DNA of 63,948 nucleotides, the filler included, from Saprolegnia diclina VS20 (Eukaryota): NCBI RefSeq assembly GCF_000281045.1. It is 4 parts of 2 records of this genome, joined end to end, with 100 filler letters (N's around TTAATTAATTAA, not from the genome) between each part and the next. Parts side by side here need not be neighbours in the genome. Positions count along the whole stretch, not along the records: positions 17,987 to 27,358 come from NW_008246088.1; positions 27,459 to 57,759 come from NW_008246088.1; 2 more parts are not named here. One strand, 5' to 3'. The notes under the pieces are model-generated. The model worked only from the letters and a program-made list of their open reading frames with translations. It was not told where the DNA came from and searched no databases. Position 1 is the stretch's first letter; every line of letters begins with the position of its first letter. Shown here in pieces: positions 22,782 to 33,919 of the stretch. Position numbers and translations under genes: made by a program.

Positions 22782-23320
22782 CGATCGTTCCGGATGATAT
22801 CTTTTGTATCCGGCTTCATCGGATTATTGCTGAAATCGATTGATTGCCAGACACAGCGTTGGAACGATTCGGGAGTCGCCGGAAGCGATGCGAGCGTACT
22901 ACTGCACGATTTTCTATGCAACTTGGCAGTGCACTGTTCGCACGTAGCACGAGGCGCCCTTGGAAACCGCCCAAGTCACAGCACGACATACGGATATCGC
23001 TGCTCGATCCTCTCTGACGCGTCAAGCTGAAGCAGAGATCACTTTTGAAGAGAATCACCGTCCCACACCTTCCACATGGCAGAATCGCACAACAGCATGA
23101 GCTCACAGCGTGCACGAGGGGACACCGAGGTTTTGCGAGTTTTCAAAAACGTGGCGGCGCCACAGACAAGCGCACTCAACGGTGAAACCGTTGCGCCCGA
23201 TAAAGTGCGCTTGTCCAAATTTGCATATTGTTTTTAGATAGACTCTCGCAAGTACGATCGCACTTTCTCGACGTTCTGGAATTGTCTGGCAACTCGACGC
23301 AAGGGCAACGGGAAGATCGG

Positions 23321-23336
23321 GCATTTCCGATTTTCA
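23321..23336 (+). promoter_or_regulatory. Oomycete Inr+FPR-like core promoter
   Basis: GCATTTCCGATTTTCA ~15-30 bp before the Hsp101 ATG resembles the oomycete initiator (CATTYY) plus flanking WTTT element. Confidence 0.45.
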
Positions 23337-23350
23337 TCTCACTCGAGCAC

Positions 23351-26044
23351 ATGAGCCTCAACCCGACCGAATTCACCGACAAGACCAACGCGTACCTCAA
23401 GGACGCCGAGGCGTATGCGGAAGAGCATGGCCACGCCCAAGTCACGCCCATGCACGTCGCGTACGCTCTCTTCAACGACAGCGACAGCCTTGCCCGACGC
23501 GTAGCCGAGAAGGCGCAGGCCGACGCCACTGCGATCCTCAACGATATCACGACGCATCTTCAGAAGCTCCCGACACAGTCGCCGGCGCCCGATCACATTA
23601 GCATCGACTCGGCACTGACCAAGGTTCTCAAGGCCGCCGTCAAGCAGCGCAAGGACAAGGGAGACACGCACATGGCGGTCGACCATCTCTTGCTCGCGCT
23701 CTTTACGTGCCCGGCGGTCGCAGCGCTTTTCCAGCGTCACAAATTGAGCCAGAGTCAAGTCGGCACGATCAACGACGGCATTCGCGGCGGCCGGCCCGTC
23801 ACGAGCAACACGGCCGAGGGCAACTACGAGGCGCTCGCCAAGTACGGCCAGAACCTCGTGGCGCTGGCGGCCGCGGGCAAGATCGACCCCGTGATTGGCC
23901 GCGACGAAGAAATTCGCCGCACCGTGCGCATTCTTTGCCGACGCACCAAGAACAACCCGGTGCTCATTGGCGAACCCGGCGTCGGCAAGACGGCGATCGT
24001 CGAAGGCCTCGCCCACCGCATCGTGAGCGGCGACGTCCCCAACCTCCTGGCGTCGTGCCAGATCCACTCGCTCGACATGGGCGCGCTCGTCGCCGGGGCC
24101 AAGTACCGCGGCGAGTTTGAAGAGCGGCTCAAAGCCGTGCTCCAGGAAGTGCAGGCGAGCGACGGCAAGGTCATTTTGTTCATCGACGAGATGCACTTGA
24201 TTTTGGGCGCCGGTGCGACCAGCGGCGCCATGGACGCGGCCAACATGCTCAAGCCAATGCTCGCGCGCGGCGAGCTGCGCTGCATTGGTGCTACGACGTT
24301 GGAAGAGTACCGCAAGTACGTCGAGAAGGACAAGGCGTTTGAGCGGCGCTTCCAGCAGGTGCTCGTCACCGAGCCGTCGGTGCCCGAGACGGTCAGCATC
24401 CTCCGTGGCCTCAAGGCGCGCAACGAGTCGCACCACGGCGTGCGCATCACGGACGGCGCGCTCGTCGCCGCGGCCACGCTCGCCGACCGGTACATTACCC
24501 AGCGCTTCATGCCCGACAAGGCCATCGACTGCATCGACGAAGCGTGCGCCAACGTGCGCGTCCAGCTCGACTCGCAGCCCGAAATCATCGACGCGCTCGA
24601 GCGCAAACAGCTCCAGCTGCAGATTGAGGCGACTGCGCTCGCCAAGGAGAAGGACACGCGCTCGACAGATCGTCTCAAGCTCGTGCGCCAAGAGCTGGCG
24701 GCCGTCCATGACGAGCTGCACCCACTCAAACTGCAGCACCAAGCCGAGAAGGCCAAGGTCGAGGAGATTCGTCGCCTCAAGGACAAGCTCGCGCAGCTCG
24801 AGCTCAAGGTCGCCCAGGCCGAGCGCCGACAGGACCTCGCGCAAGTGGCCGACCTCAAATACTATGCGATTCCCGACGTGCACAAGTCGATCCAGCGCCT
24901 CGAAGCGGAGAAGGCCGCGCAGGACGCCGACCCGGCGTTCAGCAGCAACAAGCTCGTGGAGGAGGTTGTTCGCGAAGCCCAGATTGCGCAGGTCGTGTCG
25001 CGCTGGACCGGCATCCCGCTCGACAAGCTCACAACAAGCACGAGTGACCGCCTTTTGCACCTCGGCGCGCGGCTCCACGAGCGCGTGATTGGCCAAGACG
25101 CTGCTGTCCAGGCGGTCTGCGATGCCGTGCTGCGGTCGCGCGCGGGCCTGGCGCGCCAGGACCAACCGACAGGCTCGTTTCTCTTTCTCGGGCCCACGGG
25201 CGTCGGCAAGACGGAGCTCGCCAAGGCACTCGCGCTCCAGCTCTTTGATTCGGAGAAGCACATGGTGCGCATCGACATGTCGGAGTTTATGGAAGAGCAC
25301 TCGGTCTCGAAGCTGCTCGGCGCGCCGCCCGGCTATGTGGGCTACGACGACCAGGGCGGCCAGCTCACGGAACCCGTCCGGCGCAACCCGTACAACGTTG
25401 TGCTCTTGGACGAAATTGAGAAGGCGCACCCNNNNNNNNNNNNNNNNNNNNNNNNNNNNNNNNNNNNNNNNNNNNNNNNNNNNNNNNNNNNNNNNNNNNN
25501 NNNNNNNNNNNNNNNNNNNNNNNNNNNNNNNNNNNNNNNNNNNNNNNNNNNNNNNNNNNNNNNNNNNNNNNNNNNNNNNNNNNNNNNNNNNNNNNNNNNN
25601 NNNNNNNNNNNNNNNNNNNNNNNNNNNNNNNNNNNNNNNNNNNNNNNNNNNNNNNNNNNNNNNNNNNNNNNNNNNNNNNNNNNNNNNNNNNNNNNNNNNN
25701 NNNNNNNNNNNNNNNNNNNNNNNNNNNNNNNNNNNNNNNGCAAAATTCAGCTGCGCGACATTGTCCAGCTGCAGCTGCGCTCAGCCGAGACGCGGCTCCA
25801 GGACGCGCACCAAGTGTCGATGGACGTGACGACGGCCGCGCTCGACGCCATCTTGGATGCGGCGTACGACCCGCAGTACGGCGCCCGCCCGCTCAAGCGC
25901 TACATTGAAAAGCAAGTGGTGACGGCACTGAGTCGCCAGCTCTTGGACGGTTCCCTGCGCGCCAAGGGCCACGTGACCTTGTCGGCCACCGATGGCGCGC
26001 TCACGTTTGAGATCGACAACCCCGACGTCAACATGGCCCCGTAA
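23351..26044 (+). CDS. HSP101: Hsp101/ClpB (copy 2; internal N-gap 25432-25739)
   Basis: Near-identical to copy 1, with both Walker A motifs intact. Confidence 0.95.
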   Translation: MSLNPTEFTDKTNAYLKDAEAYAEEHGHAQVTPMHVAYALFNDSDSLARRVAEKAQADATAILNDITTHLQKLPTQSPAPDHISIDSALTKVLKAAVKQRKDKGDTHMAVDHLLLALFTCPAVAALFQRHKLSQSQVGTINDGIRGGRPVTSNTAEGNYEALAKYGQNLVALAAAGKIDPVIGRDEEIRRTVRILCRRTKNNPVLIGEPGVGKTAIVEGLAHRIVSGDVPNLLASCQIHSLDMGALVAGAKYRGEFEERLKAVLQEVQASDGKVILFIDEMHLILGAGATSGAMDAANMLKPMLARGELRCIGATTLEEYRKYVEKDKAFERRFQQVLVTEPSVPETVSILRGLKARNESHHGVRITDGALVAAATLADRYITQRFMPDKAIDCIDEACANVRVQLDSQPEIIDALERKQLQLQIEATALAKEKDTRSTDRLKLVRQELAAVHDELHPLKLQHQAEKAKVEEIRRLKDKLAQLELKVAQAERRQDLAQVADLKYYAIPDVHKSIQRLEAEKAAQDADPAFSSNKLVEEVVREAQIAQVVSRWTGIPLDKLTTSTSDRLLHLGARLHERVIGQDAAVQAVCDAVLRSRAGLARQDQPTGSFLFLGPTGVGKTELAKALALQLFDSEKHMVRIDMSEFMEEHSVSKLLGAPPGYVGYDDQGGQLTEPVRRNPYNVVLLDEIEKAHXXXXXXXXXXXXXXXXXXXXXXXXXXXXXXXXXXXXXXXXXXXXXXXXXXXXXXXXXXXXXXXXXXXXXXXXXXXXXXXXXXXXXXXXXXXXXXXXXXXXXXXXKIQLRDIVQLQLRSAETRLQDAHQVSMDVTTAALDAILDAAYDPQYGARPLKRYIEKQVVTALSRQLLDGSLRAKGHVTLSATDGALTFEIDNPDVNMAP

Positions 26045-26284
26045 CAAGGATCCTGAAGACCGCCCTTTTGTCCTATGAACGATGTACGACTATATGTTGA
26101 GCTCTTATATAATAAGAATAAAGAAGTGCGTATATACAATCGAAACGAGCAACCTGAAACCCTAGTCTAACAACTTTTGACACAGGAACGTCAACGTCGG
26201 AAGTCCCCTACACCTGCCCTTGCCCTGATGCAAAATCTTCATTTTGGCCAATCACACGCGAGATGGCAGATCGCAAGTCGCAAT

Positions 26285-27169
26285 ATGTACGGCGCCATCC
26301 AAGCCGACGACACTCGTCCGAGCAGCGCGCGGAAGGCCAGCACGCGGTCGCTTGTGGCTGCGACCCTCGCTATCTGCATCACGACCCTCCTATGTGTCGT
26401 GTACCTCGTCACTGAAGCGCAGACGATCCTGCACGAGCTCCGACTAGCGACAGTCCCGACCTCCTCGCTGCACACGGTGGCGTCGCCAGTAGCAGCGCTG
26501 GCGTCGCGCACGAGCCTCAACCGCGACTTTGGTGGGCTGGCCAATGGGACTCGCGTCTTGATTGTGCACGCGGGCGACGACTGGCTCGCCCAGTTTGGCC
26601 AGGAGGTGGCGCGTGGAGCTGCCAGCGTCACGACAGCCATCAAAGTGCTGCACCCGGTCAACGCGTCCATCTCGGACGTGCTCTGGGCCGACGCTGTGAT
26701 CCTCGGGAGCAACGTCTACAACGCCAACGTGGACCCCGAGCTCATGGCGTGGATCAACACATGGCCGGCCACACACGACCTGAGCGCCAAGGTCGCCGGC
26801 GCCTTTGCATTGGCCGGCGGTATGAGCTCGGGCGAGGAGCTCGTGCTGCTCAACCTCCTCCACTCGCTCATGATCTTTAAATTCGTTGTCGTCGGTGGCG
26901 ATGCGTGGACAAGGTACTGTATACCTACTGGAGTGTCCTCATAGGACCTAACTTGATATATGCGTAGCGCGTTTGGCGCCTCGGCCATCATGGGCGAAGG
27001 ACCCTTTCACCTCGGCACCAACAACAGCAGCAATCAACCTGGTGCGTGGCCGTCGATCTGCTATCGCCACGACAACCACATTCCCGCGTACTTTCTCCTG
27101 AAAGCCCATGGACTCGGGCAGCGCGTCGCTACTGTCGCGAGCAAACTGCGGGCGCCACACGAAGCGTGA
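26285..27169 (+). CDS. WrbA-like flavodoxin with N-terminal TM anchor (copy 2; intron 26914-26967)
   Basis: Same motifs as copy 1. GT-AG intron keeps the frame (WT-S-AFGASA). Confidence 0.8.
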
Positions 27170-27358
27170 GCGCGTACAAAGACAGTTGCGTTTACATAAT
27201 CAACGAGAATAGAGACCGCGTGAGCGGTGTAGTCTTGTGTCGATCCCACCACTCAGAAGACAGAACCCACGCACCAATCTTGCTACACGCAACTTCTCCT
27301 CGCCAAACTCGGCCAGCGCAGCCATCGCTTCGAGAAACTCTGGCGAGGTAGTTTAGGT

Positions 27359-27458
27359 NNNNNNNNNNNNNNNNNNNNNNNNNNNNNNNNNNNNNNNNNN
27401 NNTTAATTAATTAANNNNNNNNNNNNNNNNNNNNNNNNNNNNNNNNNNNNNNNNNNNN
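27359..27458. other. Artificial assembly linker N44-TTAATTAATTAA-N44
   Basis: Same linker as at 17887. Confidence 0.95.
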
Positions 27459-28843
27459 TTGAGATGCATTGCACGGCCCATCCGCCCTCGCGGGCATTCT
27501 CAGACGACGTCTGAGTATCACAACTGTCTGAGTATTGAGACACACAACAGCAGTTTGAGTCTCGCCTTCGCACGGATCAGGTCAGCGAACGTCTCGTCGA
27601 AGCTTCCAAGGAAGGTGTACTGGAGTCGGACACTGTACCGTGCGTCGTTGGTTGAAGTTGATGGCTACCACTAGCACTTGCTTGGCGATTCCATCGTTGC
27701 ACCAGACCGCCCGAACGGCAGCCTAACACAGTTGAAAGCAATGCGCTGTACGTGATTTCATCGTGCGAAGCTACAGGGACTGTCAAATCACGGCCGACCC
27801 TACTGGGAAAAGGTGTGGACTGACACCTCAAGAAACGAGACGACCTGATTACACCTTGCCGTGCGGCTACGAGCCACCGACTAACCGTGCGTCCAGGAAT
27901 GTATGTTTAAACGTTTGGTTTGTATTACTGGAGCTGGAATCCACTCCATTGTGTATCACCAAGGATCGAATGAACTAAGAAACAAATACCCAACCAGGCT
28001 CGCAGTGTAGCTCTGCTGGACCCAAGAGCAAGTCAACACCTGTAGTATACCGCATGCCGTTGATCGGTTGCTAGATAGGACTAAGGACGATACGTAGCAA
28101 GGTACCTGTAGAAGGGGGCCGTGTCTCCCTCCAATGCCCGTTGCAACATGATTCCCAAAACTTCTGAGTTCGCGATGCCTCCCGTCGTCGTAGGTGTCGC
28201 TGTCGTCGTGCTGGCACTGACATCACTGACTAGAACTCGAGAGCGCCATATTTGCTTCGGCAACTGGTCTAGAATTGATGGCAAACGAGCTGTGGTAGCG
28301 GCATCACGCTCTTCATGCTACAAGGTGCCATGTAGATCCAAACCCACATTGGTGCCACGCCCATTTTCACAGTGAGCGGGCATGGGCGGGGCCATGGAGC
28401 ACTTGGTGAATGATTTTAGATCAATATTCTCTGTTCCACTAACGTTAATTTAAAAGGGCCGCCTGGATGGCTACGCAATCACAGCCTGTTCATCAGTGCA
28501 CAACCTTAGTGGGTAAGCTCATTCTGATATGATGTCCAGCACGCTGACCATGATATCTCTAGTCGTTCACTAACGTACGTACTCGCGCAAGGGGTCCATC
28601 GGTTGCTGCCACTCTCTTTTCCACTCGCTCTCCTCTCTGCTCTCTCGCCACATCAACGCTCAAGACACGCAACAACATCGTATCTAGCCCATTCGCCTTG
28701 CGCCAAAGCTCATATTTATCCGGATCCGGATATGACGGACACAGGGCGCGTCGACGTCACGGCCAACTTCAACACGCGTGGCAAGACCCTGTATAAATGC
28801 ATATGCGGCTCCACCTCTGACATCGAATACGTCGCCGACTGCC

Positions 28844-30475
28844 ATGTTGCCACCGCGCTGCCTCCTCGCGCCCGAGCTCCTCGAGGCGATCGCCGTCTTC
28901 CTCGCGTCGCCGCTCGAGCTCTTTGCGCTGCTCGAGGCGCTGCCGCTTGACGCACTCTCGTCGCCGCTCGCCAGCCTCCGCGCGCTCCACGAGGCCACGG
29001 CCTCGCACATCTTTACGTACGCCAAGTTCGACGAAGTGTACTTCAATGGCATCTCGCTCTGGCCGGCGCTCGCGCTGCCCCGTGCGATTGAAGATCCGAG
29101 CATCCTTCGCCACATTGAAGAGGCGCTCGAGCTCTTTCCCATCTTGAGCCACGAGTCGCTGGCCTTTCCGCTGCCATTTGCCCTCGGCCATCGCACCAAG
29201 CTGCATGTGCCCAACGTGTACTTCCCCGCGGTCCTCGACAAGGCGCTGGCGCACCACCGCGACGACATTGGATCGATCGGGCTCTTTCTTACCGATCGAC
29301 GATCGCGCAGCGCGCACGCCGACGGCGGCCTCGTCCAGCGCTTGGCGTCGTTGCAGGACCTGCCGTCGCTGCGTGACCTCGCCGTGCACATCCAGTGGCA
29401 TGCAGCGACCATGACCGACGAGCTCGAAGCCGTACTGGTTGCGCTCATGACGGCGCCCGTCACGTCGCTCACCCTCGATGTTGCGCTTGACGACGCGACG
29501 TGGCCGCCGGCGCTCCTCACGGCGTTCACAACATGGCTTGAGACGCATGCGCTCTTGAGCAGCGTCACGCTTACGCAGCTCACGCTGCCAACAGCCGGCA
29601 TCGAGGCCGTGTGCGACGCCCTCTGGGCCTCGCGCTCGCTGCGCGCCATCGGCCTCCACGACCCGCGAATCGTTGCCACGGTCTCGTTCCTGCGCCGCCC
29701 GCTGCCATCGACATGGACGCGACTGGATGCATCATTGTGCGAGTTCGCCGATGGGAGTGCGCTGATGGCGTTGCTCGCGAACACCAGCCTCGCGCACCTC
29801 GCGCTCTCGTTCGCGGACGCCCGGTATGCGATCGATGTGTGCCGCGAACTCGTGCTCGAGACACTGCCGACACTCGAGCGTCTTCGGCACTTGAAGCTCA
29901 CGTCGGTGCCGCTCTTACCGGACGTGTCGACGGCGCTCGCCGCGATCTTGCCGCGTCTCCGAGGGCTTTGCCTCGAGCAAAACATGCTTGAAAACGCCGG
30001 CGCGATTGCGCTGGCGGCGCAGCTCCCGCGCTGCAAGCGGCTCCAGTCGCTCACGCTGCGGCACCAAAACATCGCGACCAACGGCTGCGTCGCGCTGGCC
30101 GACGGCACGGCGCGCTGCCCCGCAATCGAGCGCGTCGATTTGGCCGAAAACCACGTCGGACTGGCCGGTGCCGTCGCGTGGAGCCAACTCCTTCCGCGGT
30201 TGACGCTGTTGGACCTCTCGAGCTGCAGTGTGCCGCGCAAAGGCGCCGACGCGTTTGCGCGCGTGTTGCGACGCACAACGTACGTGACCAAACTCGTGCT
30301 CGACAGCAACCCAATCCAGCGGCGCGGCATCCAAGCGATCGTGGCGGCGGTGGCGTCGACGCCGACACGCAAGGCTGTCGTGCGACTCGGTGACATTGTC
30401 GACTTTCACGACGAAGCGCTGTGCGTGGCGCCGGTCGCCGGCACGCCGCACGAAACATGGCTCGAGTTTTATTAG
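28844..30475 (+). CDS. RNI-like leucine-rich repeat protein
   Basis: Repeats LRGLCLEQNMLENAGAIALA, LQSLTLRHQNIATNGCVALA, IERVDLAENHVGLAGA, LTLLDLSSCSV, VTKLVLDSNPI. Confidence 0.85.
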   Translation: MLPPRCLLAPELLEAIAVFLASPLELFALLEALPLDALSSPLASLRALHEATASHIFTYAKFDEVYFNGISLWPALALPRAIEDPSILRHIEEALELFPILSHESLAFPLPFALGHRTKLHVPNVYFPAVLDKALAHHRDDIGSIGLFLTDRRSRSAHADGGLVQRLASLQDLPSLRDLAVHIQWHAATMTDELEAVLVALMTAPVTSLTLDVALDDATWPPALLTAFTTWLETHALLSSVTLTQLTLPTAGIEAVCDALWASRSLRAIGLHDPRIVATVSFLRRPLPSTWTRLDASLCEFADGSALMALLANTSLAHLALSFADARYAIDVCRELVLETLPTLERLRHLKLTSVPLLPDVSTALAAILPRLRGLCLEQNMLENAGAIALAAQLPRCKRLQSLTLRHQNIATNGCVALADGTARCPAIERVDLAENHVGLAGAVAWSQLLPRLTLLDLSSCSVPRKGADAFARVLRRTTYVTKLVLDSNPIQRRGIQAIVAAVASTPTRKAVVRLGDIVDFHDEALCVAPVAGTPHETWLEFY

Positions 30476-30789
30476 ACCAGAAGTTCTTTTTATCATTCTT
30501 CGTCTTGCTCTATACCAATGGGTGGTCCATATATGCATACGAGTGTGCGTGTCGTCTGGTTGTCACAGCAATGCATACGGACAACAAGCGAGGTGCAAAG
30601 GTGTCTTGGCAACCTCGACCGTGACGCGCAAGTGTCATACCTTCTCGGCTGAGGTAGCTCTAGTCTCTAGGGCTGGGGCATGGGACGCATTAGAGAGCTG
30701 CCGTTGGTTGCACACTTGTATCCACATAGGTTTACCTACTACTCTTCACGAAGCGTCGAGGTACCATCAATGTGCACCTTAGCGTCTAT

Positions 30790-32705
30790 CTAGGCCGTCG
30801 TCGATGGCATCTCGAGGCGGACGTACGCACGCTTGCGCTTGTTGGTGCGGACGCGGCGGTGCACGAGCAGCAGCAGCAGCGCGAGCAAAGCGAGTCCCGC
30901 CGTGAGCACAAGTCCGATCGTGTAGTAATTGGTGTGCTCGCTTGTTGTGAGATGGGGGCGATGCGTCGTCGCCACCATGAGCGTCGAGAGGACGTCAAAG
31001 CGCGGCGTGCCCCAGCCGCTCACCGCGTCCCAACCCGGTCCAGCTCCAAACGAGGTAGGGCAGCTGTAGCTGCCATTCCGAGCCGCGCCGTTGTTGCCGC
31101 TGACAACGTCGTGGAATGCTCTTTTGTGGTGGCGGCCGATCTCGTACAAGAGCGGGTTGAGAAACCCGAGGGGAGGGAGACCGGCGTCGAGTCGCTGGTC
31201 GTTCCAGAGCGTGACGAGGCCTGCCAACGCCGGTGTTGACGCCGACGTGCCGCTGATACCCTTGACTTTGCCGTTGACAATCACGCTGTAATGGGCGCCG
31301 ATAAGGGCAATGTCGGGGTACGCTCGACCTTGAGGGTTGAAGAAGCCGGGCTTGGTCGGACACGCGGGCGACGCAAGGTACGCGGCCACGGCTTGCTTTT
31401 GGTAGGCGGGCGCTGCGTAGACGTTGGAGAAGCCGCCGCCCGATGTGATGCCGCCGTGGAGCGCACCGGAACAAACCACCTCGACACTGTTTGCATCGAG
31501 CTGCGTAGCGCCCACCGAGGTCACGTACGGGCTGGACGACGGCCACTGGGGCCCCGAAGTGGCGCAGCCTGCGTCGATACTCATCTTCTTGGCATGAATG
31601 TGTTGCCCTACGCGGCTTCTGAATACTACTTTGGGATGCAAGACTCGTCGTACCTGCGACGCCGTCGTCGCCGCTGGCCACGAGCACCGTGAGGCCGCGC
31701 ACTGCCATCTTTTGCAGCAGCGTGTCGAGGTGCAGCGCATACTCTTTGGCGACCTCCATGATGTGGTCTTCGTCGTCGGCGTACGAGAGCGAGTGTACGA
31801 GCGGCGGACTCGGGTCCCGCAAGACGTCGGCGGCCCAGTCCACGAACGGCTCGTCGTTTGTTGAGAACGGGTTGGTGCTGTTCATCGTCCACACGGTCGT
31901 CGTCGCGTCGGGTGCCATCGCTGTTATGTACTGCAGATCGAGCGAGACTTCGCCCGTCGCGTCTTCAGGATGCGGGTTGTTGCGTCGACTGCCGCGCTCC
32001 CGTACCGGCGCAGGCACCAGTTTATGCAGCTTCTCAAAGGCGGCGAGGTCCGACGGCGCCCAGTTTTGCGAGTAAAATGCTGGAATGGCCTGCGTCGCCT
32101 GCGTCACAGAAGCGCTTGACGGGACGTTGTAGAGCTTGCGGAGCTTGGTGGGCGTCATGTAGCTGCTAGCTTGCTTCGAGATCGTTGCGGTCAACGGCGA
32201 TAACGACAGCGGCGCCGAGTTGAGACTCACAAACGAGACGTGCCTGTGGATGTGCTCGGGCAGACGCATCACTCTCGATGCCCGAAGGATGCGATGTCCG
32301 TGCTGCACGCTCTGGAAGGCTGCAATCTCGGTACGAAAGAGCTGGCGCGTCTCGCCGACGGAGCTAAACACAGTGAGGATGTTGGTCGCTGCGCAATAAG
32401 ACGTGCGTCGGTGGCCGAGCCAGGCGTGGATGGCCTCGAGCGTCTCGGGCGCCGGTGCAGCGAGTGCATCCACTGCTGCCGCGTCCAAGTACCGACCGTA
32501 CGTCGACCGCCTATTCGAAACACTCAGTGCACGTAGACGCACAGTCGACATACGTTGGATCGGAGACGGCGGCCACGGCGTCGTCGAGGCGGCGCGGGTC
32601 GGCGGCCTGGAGGCCCACGGACCACGTGAGCGCTGTGGCGTCATCCGCGTCGGCGGCGAGCGTCCAGCGGTGGGAGGCAAAGGCGCGGTGCGTTGCCGTT
32701 CGCAT
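30790..32705 (-). CDS. Tripeptidyl-peptidase I / sedolisin (S53) with C-terminal TM (multi-exon; 5' end uncertain)
   Basis: Pro-domain (AVSDPT..YGRYL). Catalytic GEVSLDLQY, ASGDDG, SGTSASTP, GWDAVSGWGTP. TM IGLVLTAGLALLALLLLLV followed by a basic tail. Confidence 0.9.
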
Positions 32706-32930
32706 TGCAAGTCAGTTGACAACTGAGCCGAAGGTGGCCGGTGGACGATCGCGCATACAAACATCAAGTACAGGACAGGCGGGCACGAGATTCATAAGTT
32801 GGCTACTCGTTTGATAGCGTGCAGGGGACTGTGCAGGGGTGATAGCCAACTGCACAGTCGTTCTTGGATCGTTCGTAAACACAAATATGCTACCATTAGC
32901 AGCCCTCGACTATGGAAGCACTTGGACCCT

Positions 32931-33548
32931 CTACTCCTTGTAGCCAGCGAGGACGCCGTGGGGCCGAAGCGAGCACGTGTGCGGCTCGTACGCTTGGACG
33001 TGCGCGGCAAGCTGCGCGACAGTGCAGCAGCCGCACCACAAGACAGCGCAGACGTCGCCCAAGCACGAGCCGGGGATGAAGAAGAGATGGCGCACCGTGG
33101 TCCGAAGCGACGTCACGAGAACCACGAGCAGCAGCGAGGCCACGGCACCGGCGCTGTGTGCGTAGAGGTCGTTAATGCCGCTGCAAGCGATGGCCGTCAC
33201 GTACAAGACGCCGGTGAGCGCAGCCATAGTGCTAAACGGGCGCAGGCCCAGGCGGTGCGAGACTTGGCCGAGCGGTACGCACGGAAGCAGAATCGACACG
33301 ATGCCGTTGGGCACGACGTCGACGCAGAGCGCACCGAGGAGCGACGACCGCCACTGCCGACACAAGATGCCGTTGCGATCCCACTCGCCAAACTCCTTGA
33401 GGCCGTGGTCGCGCTGGAGCGTCCCCACTTCGGTGGGCCGGCCACCGTCATCGCCGGTTGTATGCAGCAAGACGGGTTCTTGGTTAGGCGGGAGGCTCGG
33501 GACGTCGTCGTCGTCATGGACGAAGACGTCGGAGGTATGACGGGCCAT
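32931..33548 (-). CDS. PLAC8 family Cys-rich membrane protein
   Basis: WRSSLLGALC...LLPCVPLGQV...LRTTVRHLFFIPGSCLGDVCAVLWCGCCTVAQL. Confidence 0.88.
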   Translation of the reverse strand: MARHTSDVFVHDDDDVPSLPPNQEPVLLHTTGDDGGRPTEVGTLQRDHGLKEFGEWDRNGILCRQWRSSLLGALCVDVVPNGIVSILLPCVPLGQVSHRLGLRPFSTMAALTGVLYVTAIACSGINDLYAHSAGAVASLLLVVLVTSLRTTVRHLFFIPGSCLGDVCAVLWCGCCTVAQLAAHVQAYEPHTCSLRPHGVLAGYKE

Positions 33549-33688
33549 GACGCTGGAGAGACGGTGTTGAGCCCAGACCCGCTGGCCGACAGGCCGCCAA
33601 TCGGACCGCGACTTTGCATTACTGTGCCACTTGACATGGGTGATTCCTTCATTGCAAGGTTGGAACCCTTATGACGCTCCGCCTTCGG

Positions 33689-33840
33689 GATTGGCTCAAG
33701 AGCCTATATAGATACACTGGATTTGATTATGTCGTTGGATTGTAGCCGTCTGGATTGGTTAAATATCAAAGAGGTATTCCCTCATTCCAAGCTTGTGCAG
33801 GAACGAAAGTCGCGATGCATCTCTACTTGCTGATTGGCTA
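33689..33840. promoter_or_regulatory. Cluster of CCAAT boxes (ATTGG) in divergent promoter
   Basis: GATTGG at ~33689, ~33753 and ~33832, between the divergent PLAC8 and MTRR genes. Similar boxes lie upstream of other genes (~1164, 6162, 6284, 40424, 40833, 63690). Confidence 0.55.
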
Positions 33841-33919
33841 AAAAGCGATGGGACTTGGCCTCGCGTTGCACCAATGGCATTGCATCTTCGTTTGTGCCAC
33901 AGACAGACCAGCAGCAAGC

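Larger units (their letters stand above)
23136..27358 (+). repeat. Right arm of ~4.2 kb inverted duplication
   Basis: Matches the reverse complement of 59-4260 with scattered substitutions. Ends at an assembly linker. Confidence 0.93.
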
